In this document: positions 11,407 to 11,408 of the stretch, piece after piece | How the letters are laid out: the number at the start of each line of letters is the position of its first letter | How positions within the stretch are numbered: the stretch's first letter is position 1 | IMG/VR virus record: IMGVR_UViG_3300035660_001437 | Origin: a virus | Lineage: Duplodnaviria > Heunggongvirae > Uroviricota > Caudoviricetes | Reading direction: 5' to 3' (one strand) | DNA: 11,408 bases | Notes under the pieces: generated by a model | Database searches by the model: none | Told to the model about the DNA's origin: nothing | What the model saw: only the letters and a program-made list of their open reading frames with translations | Position numbers and translations under genes: made by a program

Positions 11407-11408
11407 CC

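Larger units (their letters stand above)
1..11408. mobile_element. Archaeal virus/provirus segment, most consistent with a small spindle-shaped or otherwise non-tailed, membrane-protein-rich virus
   Basis: Compact co-directional operons with overlapping stop/start codons; Zot/pI-like ATPase; small two-helix capsid-like protein; TM-anchored spike; MCM-like AAA+; no housekeeping genes; archaeal SD (AGGAGGTGA at 1257-1265, 2031-2039, 9648-9656) and TATA boxes. No att sites or terminal repeats seen. Confidence 0.8.

Noticed and set aside
1-11408. Genome-wide TAG-to-Gln recoding (genetic code 15)
   Set aside because: None of the long genes contains an internal TAG, and TAG ends several genes at sensible positions (2236, 4117, 8999); only site-specific readthrough remains plausible.
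11361-11408. GCGCC-TGGAA-GGCGC mini-hairpin and terminal (CA)5 run
   Set aside because: Too short to distinguish from chance, possibly coding on the minus strand, and at the window edge; no matching repeat at the 5' end to indicate a terminus or circularity.
1-11408. Host assignment to Bathyarchaeia
   Set aside because: Signal-peptide style and the arcadin-like gene are suggestive only; this needs CRISPR-spacer matches, flanking host genes or protein best hits (e.g. comparison with described spindle-shaped viruses of that group).

Overview
An 11.4-kb, gene-dense segment (possibly most of a small genome) of an archaeal virus or provirus. Archaeal origin is supported by GGAGGTGA-type ribosome-binding sites, three BRE/TATA promoters, frequent TTG/GTG starts and N-glycosylation sequons in exported proteins. 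Almost all genes are on the + strand, in four blocks. (i) 1-2236: an operon of very basic proteins, including three ORFs the track missed and a putative ADP-ribosyltransferase-fold protein. (ii) 2337-5094: a morphogenesis block with membrane proteins and a Zot/pI-like (FtsK-HerA) packaging ATPase. (iii) 5101-9215: a structural block with a two-helix hydrophobic protein resembling spindle-shaped-virus major capsid proteins, a capsid-helix-flanked beta-domain protein, a tail-fibre-anchor-like protein, a 585-aa beta-propeller/repeat-stalk/TM spike and two paralogous small membrane proteins. (iv) 9258-11085: a helical protein, a Zn-ribbon protein and a convergent minus-strand MCM-like AAA+ ATPase, followed by a 69-nt hairpin. 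No integrase, polymerase, Rep, tRNA or CRISPR array is visible. The most notable signals are: a 16-aa N-terminal motif shared by three otherwise largely unrelated proteins (candidate virion cargo-targeting signal, one carrier being the ART-like protein); a 48-bp direct repeat with a conserved internal palindrome bracketing the structural cassette, one copy with an in-frame amber codon at a Gln position; an apparent capsid-protein derivative carrying an inserted globular domain; likely non-ATG/GTG/TTG start codons; and apparent complete absence of GATC. All family assignments come from motif recognition by eye; no searches were run.
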